64,000 nucleotides of DNA. Origin: Verrucomicrobiota bacterium (GTDB lineage: Bacteria > Verrucomicrobiota > Verrucomicrobiia > Opitutales > Opitutaceae). Below are positions 27,337 to 36,567 of this stretch, in pieces. The stretch's first letter is position 1, and every line of letters starts with the position of its first letter. Under the pieces are notes generated by a model that had not been told where the DNA came from, did no database searches, and saw only the letters and a program-made list of their open reading frames with translations. A program made the translations under genes and the position numbers. The DNA lies in NCBI GenBank assembly GCA_048498955.1, contig JBEHWZ010000015.1, positions 23,437 through 87,436 on the forward strand, given 5' to 3'.

Positions 27337-29496
27337 ATGTCACTATCCCCTCAACAATTCACGGCACTCGAGGGCGCCGTCAACCGCCTCGCCTCCGAGT
27401 CAGTGCTCGCCAGCGTTGGTCGTGATGACGGCCTCGTGCCGGCCTACAGCCTCGTCGGTGAACTGCGCGATCTCAGCGCCGGTGAACCCGCCCTGAACGA
27501 GCCCATCAGCCAACTGCTTGCCGCCCTCGAGAAAGCTCTCGATACCGCGCAGCCCTTCACCGAGGCCCTCCTGCGCCAGCTGCGCGAGATGGTCGAGTGG
27601 CTCCAGCCCGCGATCGAAAGCGCTCAGAGCGGCGCCGCGATCAAGCCGTTCGGTCAGGCCGCCGCGGCCGCCCCGGCGCGCATGGCCACCAATCCGCCCA
27701 TGGCCGTGGGCGCGAAGCACGAGAAGTGCGACGTGCTCATGGACCTCAAGCTGGCCGAGAACCAGGAGCTCCTCGTCGAGTTCCACGCCGAGGTGGTCGA
27801 CCATCTCCAGCAGATCGAGGCCGCGCTGCTCCAGCTCGACCAGCAGCCCGACAATCCCGAGGCGCTGAATTCCATTTTCCGCTCGTTCCATACGATCAAG
27901 GGCAACGCCGGTTTCCTCGGCCTGGTGCCGATGCAGACGCTCGCCCACGAGGTGGAGTCGCTGCTCGACCTCGCGCGCAACCACAAGATCCAGCTCAGCT
28001 CGATCATCATCACCGAGATTCTCCGCAGCCGCGATACGCTGCAGGCGCTCACGCAGCAGGTCGGCGTCGCCCTCGAAAGCGGCCAGGCTCCGACAACCGT
28101 CATTCCCGTCAGCCACCTGGTCAACGCGGTCAAGCAACTCGCCGCCTCCGGTGGCGCCGCCCCGGCCGCTTCGGCCGCCGCGCCGAAGGTCGAGGCGACC
28201 CCGGTCGCGGCCCAGCCGGTCGAAATCGCCCTGCCGGAAGCCCCGGGGCTTGCCCCGGTGACGCCGATCGAGACCGCCGCGCCCGCGAAGGCCGCTGCGC
28301 CCGTCGCTGCTGCTGCCGGACATGACAAGGCCGCGCCTTCGGGCCAAACCGTGCGCGTCAACACCGAGAAGCTCGATTCCCTGATGGATGTCGTGGGCGA
28401 GCTCGTGATCGTGCAAAGCCAGATCATGGAGTCGTCCCGCGCGCTCGGAAACAATGGCTCTCCGCTGCAGCGCAACGTTTCCCAGCTTCTCCGCATCACG
28501 AAGGAACTCCAGCACACCGCGATGGCGCTGCGCATGATTCCGATCAAGCCGACCTTCCAGAAGATGGAGCGTCTCGCGCGCGATCTCGCGCGCAGCTGCG
28601 TGAAGAAGGTGCAGTTCTCCACCGAAGGTGAAGACACCGAACTCGACCGCACCGTGGTCGAGGAAATCGCCGACCCGATGGTACACATGGTGCGCAACGC
28701 CATGGATCACGGCCTCGAGGGACCGGAAGAGCGCGTCGCCGCCGGCAAGCCCGAGACGGGCACCGTGCACCTCAGCGCCTATCACCAGGGCAGCAACATC
28801 GTCATCGAGCTCCGCGACGACGGTCGCGGCATCAATCCCGATAAGATCTACAAGAAGGCCGTTGAGAAGGGCGTTATCGCCCCGAACGCGCAGCTCACCC
28901 GCGAGGAAATCTTCGCGCTCATCTTCGCGCCCGGTTTCTCCACCGCCGAGAAGGTCACGGCCGTTTCCGGCCGCGGCGTCGGCATGGACGTCGTGAAGCG
29001 CAACATCGAAAAGCTGCGCGGCAAGATCGAGATCGAGTCCGAGGTGGGCAAGGGCTCCGTCTTCAAGATCAAGCTCCCGCTCACCATGGCCATCATCGAC
29101 GGTCTCGTGGTGCGCGTCGGCTCCGACAAATTCATCCTGCCCGCCACGTCGGTGCAGATGGCGCTGCGTCCGACGCAGGAGTCCATCACCACGATCCAGG
29201 GCTCCGGCGAGGTGCTCGAGCTCCGCGGCCGCATCCTGCCGCTGCACCGCCTGCACCGCCGCTTCGGCATCCCGGCCGACACCGAGAAGCCGTGGGAAGG
29301 CATTGTCGTCATCCTCGAGCACTCCGGCAAACAGTCCGCGCTGCTCGTCGACGAAATGGTCAGCAAGCAGGAAGTCGTCATCAAGAACCTCGGCTCCTTC
29401 ATGCAGGGCCTGCCCGGTGTGTCCGGCGGCGCGATCCTCGGTGACGGCAACATCGCTCTCATCCTCGATCCGGCCTCGATCCTGACGGCGGCCTAA
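27337..29496 (+). CDS. cheA: Chemotaxis histidine kinase CheA
   Basis: IFRSFHTIKG (P1), VRVNTEKLDSL (P3), HMVRNAMDHG, SGRGVGMDVV (P4), CheW-like P5. Confidence 0.96.
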   Translation: MSLSPQQFTALEGAVNRLASESVLASVGRDDGLVPAYSLVGELRDLSAGEPALNEPISQLLAALEKALDTAQPFTEALLRQLREMVEWLQPAIESAQSGAAIKPFGQAAAAAPARMATNPPMAVGAKHEKCDVLMDLKLAENQELLVEFHAEVVDHLQQIEAALLQLDQQPDNPEALNSIFRSFHTIKGNAGFLGLVPMQTLAHEVESLLDLARNHKIQLSSIIITEILRSRDTLQALTQQVGVALESGQAPTTVIPVSHLVNAVKQLAASGGAAPAASAAAPKVEATPVAAQPVEIALPEAPGLAPVTPIETAAPAKAAAPVAAAAGHDKAAPSGQTVRVNTEKLDSLMDVVGELVIVQSQIMESSRALGNNGSPLQRNVSQLLRITKELQHTAMALRMIPIKPTFQKMERLARDLARSCVKKVQFSTEGEDTELDRTVVEEIADPMVHMVRNAMDHGLEGPEERVAAGKPETGTVHLSAYHQGSNIVIELRDDGRGINPDKIYKKAVEKGVIAPNAQLTREEIFALIFAPGFSTAEKVTAVSGRGVGMDVVKRNIEKLRGKIEIESEVGKGSVFKIKLPLTMAIIDGLVVRVGSDKFILPATSVQMALRPTQESITTIQGSGEVLELRGRILPLHRLHRRFGIPADTEKPWEGIVVILEHSGKQSALLVDEMVSKQEVVIKNLGSFMQGLPGVSGGAILGDGNIALILDPASILTAA

Positions 29497-29506
29497 TTCC
29501 CGACCC

Positions 29507-30382
29507 ATGAGCCTTCCGACTCCCCCGACCCTCGAACAGGTTTGCGCCGCCGCGCTCAAGCTGCCGTGCGCGCCCTCGCTGCTGCCGCGCCTCGCCGAGG
29601 CCCTGCAAAGCGACTCGAGCTCGTCGCAACAGATCGAACGGCTCATCACCCTGGATCCCTCGCTTGCCGCCTCCACGCTGCGCCTTGCCAACTCGGCGGC
29701 CGTCAGCCGCGGCAAGGTTGAGACCGTCGAGGAAGCCGTCTTCCGCCTGGGCGCCCGCGAAATCTACCGTCTCGCCGCGCTCGCACTCGTCGGCCGCTGG
29801 GAATCCCAGCTCGGTGACCTGCGCTGGGGTGCCGGCGATTTCAGCCGCCACGCGCTCTGCACCGCCATCGCCGCCGAGGTGCTGGCCGGCACGACCGAGC
29901 GGCTGGACCCGCAGATCGCCTACACCGCCGGCCTCGTGTGCGACCTGGGCAAGCTGACCCTCGCGCACAACTGCCATGCCTTTTATCCGGCCATCCGCAC
30001 GCACATCGAGCAGACGCAGTGCACCTGGGAACAGGGCGAGCAGGCCGTGCTCGGTTACCATCACGCCGATGCCGGCATGCGCCTGCTGAAGGCGTGGAGT
30101 TTCCCGGCGCTGTTCATCAAGGCCGTCGAGCACCAGTTCCAACCCGCGAATGCGCCGGCCGAGGCGCTGCCGCTGCTCGCGCACCTGCACGCCGCCAAGT
30201 ACCTCGCGACGTCGATGGGCCCCGGCATGCTCGAGGAAGGTTTCAAGACGACGATCCACGGCGCCTTCCTGAAGGAGTGGGGCTTCGCCGCCGAAACCCT
30301 CGAAGCCGCGATGCCGATCGTCCTCGAGCGCGCCCAGGCCCGTTTGGGCGAGCGCCTCAGCGTCGGCGCGATCGCGATTTGA
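29507..30382 (+). CDS. HDOD domain protein
   Basis: LPCAPSLL, DPSLAASTLRLANS, AGLVCDLGK, LGYHHADAG, WSFP. Confidence 0.88.
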   Translation: MSLPTPPTLEQVCAAALKLPCAPSLLPRLAEALQSDSSSSQQIERLITLDPSLAASTLRLANSAAVSRGKVETVEEAVFRLGAREIYRLAALALVGRWESQLGDLRWGAGDFSRHALCTAIAAEVLAGTTERLDPQIAYTAGLVCDLGKLTLAHNCHAFYPAIRTHIEQTQCTWEQGEQAVLGYHHADAGMRLLKAWSFPALFIKAVEHQFQPANAPAEALPLLAHLHAAKYLATSMGPGMLEEGFKTTIHGAFLKEWGFAAETLEAAMPIVLERAQARLGERLSVGAIAI

Positions 30383-30937
30383 TCAACGATGCGGGTTGCG
30401 CTGTTTTCTTTGCGCGAGTTGTTCGTTTAAAACCTGAACGACAAAATAGCGGTGCGGGGCGGACAAGGCCGGGCCAACCACGGCGCGTTCGTTGCCATCA
30501 AGATAGATGGCCCATCTTTTTTTTCTGCGTTTGACGATTGAATCAATCTGCTCGCTGACCGAATCGATCGCAGTCCAATCGTAGGCGCGTGTTTTGCCGA
30601 TCGGCTGGATGCCGCTGAAATAATGCAGGGTGTCGCCTTGCAATTCGAAACAGACTTGTCCGGCGACGCTCATCAAGGCGTCCCGCAAAAGAAAAGCCGA
30701 GGCGACGAGGGCAAATATTCCGAAGAGCAGCGAAGAAATTTCGAATGCATCTCGCGTGATCGCGCCAGAGAAGGAACCTAAGACGATTCCCGACCACAGG
30801 GTCGCGAACGGGATCAGGAGAAAAGCCTCCGCTGATCGAGTGGAGCATTCGATGCTGAAGCCGTCGGGGGCTTCACTGTAATTTATGCCGGCCGGCACGA
30901 CGAGCGTGCGCGAATCTGTCAGAAGAATCTCTTTCAA
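30383..30937 (-). CDS. Hypothetical membrane protein (TTG start), lower GC
   Basis: 184 aa with two hydrophobic segments then a beta-rich tail; stop abuts HDOD stop. Confidence 0.55.
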   Translation of the reverse strand: MKEILLTDSRTLVVPAGINYSEAPDGFSIECSTRSAEAFLLIPFATLWSGIVLGSFSGAITRDAFEISSLLFGIFALVASAFLLRDALMSVAGQVCFELQGDTLHYFSGIQPIGKTRAYDWTAIDSVSEQIDSIVKRRKKRWAIYLDGNERAVVGPALSAPHRYFVVQVLNEQLAQRKQRNPHR

Positions 30938-31123
30938 TTATTGCGAACTACAGGGGAATAAAACGCCCTCTCTACCGACGATTCAATAAGGATTTTTTTG
31001 ATCAGCTAGGTTCTCCAATTCACGGGGACCCAATAGGGTACTTTGCTTCGGGTTAGAAATGGCCAACGGCGAATGCCCAACGGCCGATAAAATACCCCGC
31101 CTGTCAAAGCGGAACTCGCCGCC

Positions 31124-31648
31124 TTAAGCGGCCAGCGACACCTGGCTCTTCCCCTGCGGCGTAATCAAATTCACCAGGCCGGTGCTGAGCTCGAGGTGCA
31201 CGGTGCGGCTGATCGATCCGCCGGTGTCGGTCTTGAGGACGTTCAGGCGGTTCAGGTTCAGGAAATTCATCGTCACGGTCGTATTGCGCTCGCCGATGCG
31301 GAACGGGTCGGTGCCGCCCATGACGCTGGCGCCGCCAGTGACGAACAGCTTGAGGTTGGGACGCTCGGCCTTCAGGCCGACCAGGGCCTTGAAGAACAGG
31401 GGCAGGCCGGTGTCGGCGAACATCGCCGGCTGGGTCTGCGCTTTCTGCGGCGACACGGCCGCCTCGGGCAGCATGAGGTGCAGGATGCCGCCGCAGCGGG
31501 CGACGGGATCGTAGGCGATCACGCCGATGCAAGAGCCCAGCGCATAGGTGCTGAGGATCGTGCTCTGGTTGTTGGACACGGCCATGTCACCCACGCCAAC
31601 GACGACGCGTTGCGCGAAAATGGAGGCGATGGTGGCGGAGCCGCTCAT
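31124..31648 (-). CDS. cheD: Chemoreceptor glutamine deamidase CheD
   Basis: TYALGSCIGV, GILHLMLP, FADTG, IGERN, DTGGSISRTV. Confidence 0.93.
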   Translation of the reverse strand: MSGSATIASIFAQRVVVGVGDMAVSNNQSTILSTYALGSCIGVIAYDPVARCGGILHLMLPEAAVSPQKAQTQPAMFADTGLPLFFKALVGLKAERPNLKLFVTGGASVMGGTDPFRIGERNTTVTMNFLNLNRLNVLKTDTGGSISRTVHLELSTGLVNLITPQGKSQVSLAA

Positions 31649-31686
31649 GAAAATGTTTTAAAGGAGGAAAGGGTGACGAACTTGAT

Positions 31687-31713
31687 TAAACCTGCGCGGC
31701 GTTGGGCCGATGA
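31687..31713 (+). promoter_or_regulatory. sigma28 promoter with no downstream plus-strand gene
   Basis: TAAA-N15-GCCGATGA. Confidence 0.78.
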
Positions 31714-31719
31714 GAGCAG

Positions 31720-31789
31720 TGTGTAGGTAGTTCAGTCATTGTTTGGTGTGTGTGCGAGGGCCCGCGATCAACGCGGGCCTTCGTTTTTT
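31720..31789 (+). ncRNA. Candidate sigma28-dependent small RNA (~70 nt)
   Basis: Lies between a consensus sigma28 promoter and a plus-strand terminator; no plus-strand ORF. Confidence 0.55.
31755..31789 (+). terminator. Intrinsic terminator, plus strand only
   Basis: 12-bp stem cgagggcccgcg-atcaa-cgcgggccttcg followed by tttttt; no T-run on the minus strand. Confidence 0.85.
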
Positions 31790-31805
31790 CCGGGTAAGGC
31801 GCGCA

Positions 31806-33071
31806 TCAGGAATAAACCAGCAGGCGCTGGCTGATGGGGGCGATTTGGTTGTGATCGCGAATCTTCGCGATCGTGCCGGGCCCGAGCAGCTGGCCTTCGC
31901 CGATGAGCAGCAGGCCGTGCGGGCTGTAGATGCCGCTGGCCAGCACCATGCCGGGCTCGAGTTCGTCGAGCAGGATCTCGCGCACGCTGCGCGGGAGATT
32001 GACCAGGTTGGAAACCTTGAGGAAGAGGCGGATGGCCTCGGGATCGTAGTGCGTGCCCGACTTCGCCATGAGCGCGTCGATCGCCGCCTGCTTGGGCAGG
32101 CCGGATTCGACGTAGCCGACGGCGACCGCGAGGCAGCGCGCACCCCACGGGATGCTCTTGCCGGCGAGGCCGTCCGGATAACCGGAACCGTCGAAGCGCT
32201 CGTGGTGGCCGCGAATGATCGCGCCAACCTCGGGACGCGGGTCGACCAGCGACGCGAGCGTCTGGCTGTACACCGGATGGTTCTGCATCGTGGCGCGTTC
32301 GCGCTCGGTGAGGCCGGCCGGGTTGTTGCGGAAAGTGCGGAGCAGCTCGCGCGGCACGCCGATGAGGCCGAGGTCGCACAGCCACGCGGCGGTGTGCACG
32401 GCGACCTTCTCGACTTCGGAGAAATGCTCGGTCTCGCCCATCTTGCTCGCGAATTCCACGAGCGTCTTCGCCTGGCCGCCGAGGATCGGGTCGTAGGCGG
32501 TGAGAATGCGGCGGCAGAGCTCGAGCGAACTCTCGTAGCGGGTGGAGAGTTCGGTGTTGGCGGCGTCGAGCTTCTGGCGCTCCTGCTGCAGCACCTTGAC
32601 CTGCTCCTCGAGCTGGCCGTTGACGACGGTGAGCTGGGCGTTGAGCTGCTGCGAGCGGGCTTGCAGCACCTCGTTCCGGACGATCAGATCGTGGCGCTGG
32701 ATGGCGTTGCGGACGGTGGCGAGCAGTTCCTCGCGCAACCACGGCTTCGCGACGAAGCGGAAGATTTCGCCCTTGTTGATGGCCTCGACGATCGTGGGCA
32801 GCGCGAGGACGGCGGTGATGAGGATGCGCGACGCGTTCGGGTGGGTCTTGCGGCTCTCGACCAGGAAATCGAGGCCCAGCATCTCGGGCATGCGCTGATC
32901 GGAAATGATGACGGCGAACTGGCGTTCCGCGAGAATGGCGAGGGCCTTGACCGGGCTCGAGCAGGCGACGACGTGGTAGCGTTCGCGTTCCAGCGTTTCC
33001 TTGAGGGCGCCGAGGACGACCGGCTCGTCATCGACGATCAGGATGGTGGGCGTGGGGGAATTCTCATTCAT
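31806..33071 (-). CDS. Response regulator with degenerate HD-GYP domain
   Basis: REC (ILIVDDE, ISDQRMP), coiled coil, HHERFDGSGYPDGL; HD replaced by CD. Confidence 0.88.
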   Translation of the reverse strand: MNENSPTPTILIVDDEPVVLGALKETLERERYHVVACSSPVKALAILAERQFAVIISDQRMPEMLGLDFLVESRKTHPNASRILITAVLALPTIVEAINKGEIFRFVAKPWLREELLATVRNAIQRHDLIVRNEVLQARSQQLNAQLTVVNGQLEEQVKVLQQERQKLDAANTELSTRYESSLELCRRILTAYDPILGGQAKTLVEFASKMGETEHFSEVEKVAVHTAAWLCDLGLIGVPRELLRTFRNNPAGLTERERATMQNHPVYSQTLASLVDPRPEVGAIIRGHHERFDGSGYPDGLAGKSIPWGARCLAVAVGYVESGLPKQAAIDALMAKSGTHYDPEAIRLFLKVSNLVNLPRSVREILLDELEPGMVLASGIYSPHGLLLIGEGQLLGPGTIAKIRDHNQIAPISQRLLVYS

Positions 33072-34164
33072 GGGCGGACGCGATGGACGCGGAAGGGGTG
33101 GAAGACTGGCCAAGCGGGGTAAGGAAGCGGGCGACGAGGTGCGAGGCGACTCGGTCGAGCGGGAGCTGGCGCTGCGCGGCGCCGTTTTCCCACGCGGCCT
33201 TGGGCATGCCGTAGACGACGCACGAGGCTTCGTCCTGGGCGAAGGTCGACGCGCCCTTTTCCTTCAAGCGCAGCAAACCCTCGGCGCCGTCACGGCCCAT
33301 GCCGGTCAGGATGCCGGCGATGGCGTGCGGGCCCGCGCCGCAGTCGGCGGCGGATTTGAAAAGCAGGTCCACGGCCGGGCGCTGGTGCCAGATCTGCGGG
33401 CCGTCGGTCACGCGCACGCGGTAGTGGTCGGTGCACCACGTGAGCATCATGTGGAAATTGCCCGGCGCGATGAGCGCGGTGCCGGGTTCGAGGCGGTCGC
33501 CATCGACGGCTTCGCGCACAGGGAAAGCGCAAATGCCGTTCATGCGGTCGGCGTACGCCTTGGAGAAACCGGCGGGAATGTGCTGCACGATCGCGATGCC
33601 AGGCAGGCCGGCGGGCAGGGAAGTGAGCACTTCGCGCAATGCCTCGGTGCCGCCGGTGGAAGCGCCGAGCAGAATGACGGCGCGCGGGTCGCGACGGAGC
33701 GGGCCGGGGAGGGCGGGGCGGACCTGGACGCTGCCCTGCGGGGCGCCGGCGCGGCGCAAGCGCGCGGCGGCTGCGGCCTTGACGGTCGCGATCAGTTTCG
33801 GGCCGAGCGTGCCGAACGAGGTCGAGCCGCTGGGTTTCCCGAGCACGTCCACCGCGCCGAGGCGCAGTGCCTCAAGGGCGAAATCGGATCCGCGCTGCGT
33901 CAGGGAGCTGAGCACGATGACGGGCATCGGCCGATGCTCCATGAGCAGGCGCAGGAAAGTGAGGCCGTCCATGCGCGGCATTTCCAAGTCGAGCGTGAGC
34001 ACGTCGGGCTGCAGCTCGCGGATGCGGTCGCGCGCCTCGTACGGGTCGCCGGCGGTGCCCACGACCTCGATGGCCTCGTCGCTCGACAGCGCGTCGCTGG
34101 CGATCTTGCGCACGAAGGCGGAGTCGTCGACGACCAGCACGCGAATTTTGGGCGGTACGCTCAT
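33064..34164 (-). CDS. cheB: Chemotaxis methylesterase CheB (REC + esterase)
   Basis: VLVVDDSAFVR, LDLEMP, GASTGG, VQHIP, LTGMGRDGA, VYGMP. Confidence 0.97.
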   Translation of the reverse strand: MSVPPKIRVLVVDDSAFVRKIASDALSSDEAIEVVGTAGDPYEARDRIRELQPDVLTLDLEMPRMDGLTFLRLLMEHRPMPVIVLSSLTQRGSDFALEALRLGAVDVLGKPSGSTSFGTLGPKLIATVKAAAAARLRRAGAPQGSVQVRPALPGPLRRDPRAVILLGASTGGTEALREVLTSLPAGLPGIAIVQHIPAGFSKAYADRMNGICAFPVREAVDGDRLEPGTALIAPGNFHMMLTWCTDHYRVRVTDGPQIWHQRPAVDLLFKSAADCGAGPHAIAGILTGMGRDGAEGLLRLKEKGASTFAQDEASCVVYGMPKAAWENGAAQRQLPLDRVASHLVARFLTPLGQSSTPSASIASAHE

Positions 34165-34166
34165 GG

Positions 34167-34991
34167 TCAGGAACCGAGGGGACGGCGGTAGACCGCGGGT
34201 TGCACGGCCTGCAGCGTGTGGTTGATCGCGGTCAGGCTCTCCGAGTGGCCGACCAGCAGGTAGCCGCCCGGCACGAGCCGGCGGGTGAGGCGGTTGACCA
34301 GCTCCTCCTGCGTCGGGCGGTCGAAATAGATCATGACGTTGCGGCAGAAGATCACGTTGAAGCGCTCGTTGAGCGGCGAGTCGCCCTCGAGGAGGTTCAG
34401 CTGGTGAAACGAGAGGCGGTTGCGGAGCTCGGCGCGCACGCGGTAGTTGCCCTCCTGCGGGCCGATGCCTTCCTGGAAATACGTGCGGACGACCGGCAGC
34501 GGCATCTTCTGCACGACCTCGGCCGGGTAAACGCCGGCCTGCGCGCGCGCGAGGATACGGTGGGAAATGTCGGTGCACTGGATGTGCCAGTCCCAGTCAG
34601 CCCCGAGCGATTCCTGCAGGGTGATTGCGAGGGAGTAGGGCTCCTCGCCCGAGGAGCAGGCGGCGCTCCACGCGAGGAAACGCGGCCAGCGTTCCGTGGC
34701 GCGGCGCTTCTTCATCTCGGGCACGAGCTGGGCGCGTACAAAATCGAAGTGGGCATTTTCGCGGAAGAAGAACGTGTGGTTCGTCGAGATCGCGTCGATC
34801 AGGTGCGAGAGTTCCTCTTCGGCGTCGCCGGACTGGAGCAGCTGGCAGTACTCGCCGACGCTCGTGCGATTCGTCGCCCGGAGACGCTTGCCCAGGCGCG
34901 CGCTGACCATCTCGCGCTTGCCCGCATCGAGACAGATGCGGCTGCGCTGATAGACCAACTTCCGGATGAATTCGAACTCACTTTCCCTCAT
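34167..34991 (-). CDS. cheR: Chemotaxis methyltransferase CheR
   Basis: STNHTFFFRE, WSAACSSGEEPYS, IFCRNVMIYFD, GHSES. Confidence 0.97.
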   Translation of the reverse strand: MRESEFEFIRKLVYQRSRICLDAGKREMVSARLGKRLRATNRTSVGEYCQLLQSGDAEEELSHLIDAISTNHTFFFRENAHFDFVRAQLVPEMKKRRATERWPRFLAWSAACSSGEEPYSLAITLQESLGADWDWHIQCTDISHRILARAQAGVYPAEVVQKMPLPVVRTYFQEGIGPQEGNYRVRAELRNRLSFHQLNLLEGDSPLNERFNVIFCRNVMIYFDRPTQEELVNRLTRRLVPGGYLLVGHSESLTAINHTLQAVQPAVYRRPLGS

Positions 34992-35009
34992 AAGGTTTTA
35001 GCATCCAGT

Positions 35010-35036
35010 TTATCGGACCAAAACCCTTGGGATTTA
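35010..35036 (-). promoter_or_regulatory. sigma28 promoter of cheR-cheB operon
   Basis: TAAA-N15-TCCGATAA. Confidence 0.82.
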
Positions 35037-35187
35037 GGGTGGTTGGAATAAATCGGATGAGGGAATGTCCGGGGGGCCCGGCAAAAATTTCCGGCGGCGC
35101 CCGTCACGCTTTGTGACCGTAAAATTGCGCCGGCCAGAAAAGTTTATCACGCGAGTCTTCAATGGCTTCCGCGACGGTCTCCGGCGG

Positions 35188-35202
35188 TGGCACGAAGCGT
35201 GG
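35188..35202 (+). promoter_or_regulatory. Possible sigma54 promoter of flgB operon (degenerate -12)
   Basis: TGGCAC-N5-GTGG; same short spacing to ATG as the flhB and flgF promoters. Confidence 0.4.
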
Positions 35203-35218
35203 TAATAGGGCGGGCACC

Positions 35219-35605
35219 ATGATCGATCCCATCTTCCATTCCGACAACTACCAGTTGGCGCGGAAGCTTCTCGACGCCTCCGCGCTTCGCCAGGAGGCCA
35301 TCGCCTCCAACATCGCGAACGCCGAGACGCCCGGCTACCGCCGTCTGGACGTGGCGACCGACTTTGCCGACCAGCTCAAGGCCCGCACCAAGGCCGGGGA
35401 ACTGGGCGGCGCGACCGACGAACTCCGCCCGACGCTCGTCCAGGACATGCACGCCCGCACCGTGCGCCCGGACGGCAACTCGGTCGACGTGGAAAACGAG
35501 CTCCTCGCGATGAACAAGAACTCCGTCGAGTACGAGTTCCTCACCGAGGTCGTTTCGAAAAACATCAAGCAGCTCAAGATGGCCATCACCGGCCGCAGCA
35601 CCTGA
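35219..35605 (+). CDS. flgB: Basal-body rod protein FlgB
   Basis: IASNIANAETPGY, RPDGNSVDVENE; ATG at 35219. Confidence 0.95.
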   Translation: MIDPIFHSDNYQLARKLLDASALRQEAIASNIANAETPGYRRLDVATDFADQLKARTKAGELGGATDELRPTLVQDMHARTVRPDGNSVDVENELLAMNKNSVEYEFLTEVVSKNIKQLKMAITGRST

Positions 35606-35613
35606 TCCACCCC

Positions 35614-36027
35614 ATGAATCTTATCCCCGGCATCGACACCACGTCAGGCGCGCTCACGGCGCAGAAGATCCGCCTCGATATCGTCGCCCAGAACATCGCC
35701 AACGCGCAGACGACCCGCACGCCCGAGGGCGGCCCGTACAAGCGCAAGATCATCTCCTTCGAAAACGAACTCGTGAAGCGCGCCGGCGGCGCCCCGCTCC
35801 AGACGGTCCGCGTCGGCAGCATCACCGAGGACAAGGCCCCCGGCCAGTCCGTCTACAACCCGCAGCATCCCGACGCCCGTCCCGACGGCACCGTGGAGAT
35901 GCCTAACGTCAACCTCGCCTTCGAAATGGTCGACCTCATCACCGCATCCCGCGCCTACGAGGCCAACCTCACCGTCGTGAAAAACAGCCGCACGCTGGCG
36001 ATGAAAACCTTCGAAATCGGAAAGTAA
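35614..36027 (+). CDS. flgC: Basal-body rod protein FlgC
   Basis: QNIANAQTT, YNPQHPDA, MVDLITASRAYEAN. Confidence 0.97.
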   Translation: MNLIPGIDTTSGALTAQKIRLDIVAQNIANAQTTRTPEGGPYKRKIISFENELVKRAGGAPLQTVRVGSITEDKAPGQSVYNPQHPDARPDGTVEMPNVNLAFEMVDLITASRAYEANLTVVKNSRTLAMKTFEIGK

Positions 36028-36042
36028 TTTCAAACCCAGCCC

Positions 36043-36170
36043 GGAGCCGAGAGGCGAGGGCTCAGAGACCGAACCACAAATAAAATTATATACGCTGCGT
36101 TCCCAGTCACTGAGCCCTCACCTCTCACCTCCAGCCCGCCGATCTCCCATCTTCCAGCTCCCATCTGCCA
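36043..36170. repeat. Inverted 7-bp-period pair plus a second 7-bp array in flgC-fliE spacer
   Basis: gaggcgagggctcag vs ctgagccctcacctc (14/15 inverted); then CGATCTC CCATCTT CCAGCTC CCATCTG. Confidence 0.7.
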
Positions 36171-36173
36171 ATC

Positions 36174-36518
36174 ATGTCCTCCATCGGTTCCATCCCCTCC
36201 GTCCTCAACGGCGCCCAGCTCAATCCGCTGGATGCGGCCCAGAAGACGCGCCTGGCGATGCCCATGCCGGACGGCATCCGCTCGACGACGCCTCCGACCG
36301 AGAGCTTCGGCAACATGCTCGACGGCCTCGTCAGCAACGTTTCCGCCAAGCAGACCGAGGCGACCGAGCTGACCAAGAAGGTGCTCCTCGGCGACAGCGA
36401 TCAGCTCCACCAGAGCGTGATCGCCATGCAGGAGGCGGGCGTCGCCTTCACCCTGATGGTCGAGGTGCGCAACAAGCTCGTCGAATCCTACCAGGAACTC
36501 ATGCGCATGCAGGTGTGA
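36174..36518 (+). CDS. fliE: Hook-basal body protein FliE
   Basis: LHQSVIAMQEA...VEVRNKLVESYQELMRMQV. Confidence 0.96.
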   Translation: MSSIGSIPSVLNGAQLNPLDAAQKTRLAMPMPDGIRSTTPPTESFGNMLDGLVSNVSAKQTEATELTKKVLLGDSDQLHQSVIAMQEAGVAFTLMVEVRNKLVESYQELMRMQV

Positions 36519-36567
36519 GATTTCACCGCGCTCCCTTTTCTAATCTTTCCCGCTTCCGTCCGTCCAC

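Noticed and set aside
31083-31090. Perfect GCCGATAA on the plus strand
   Set aside because: No TAAA-like -35 at 15 bp (CAAC) and no downstream gene or terminator.
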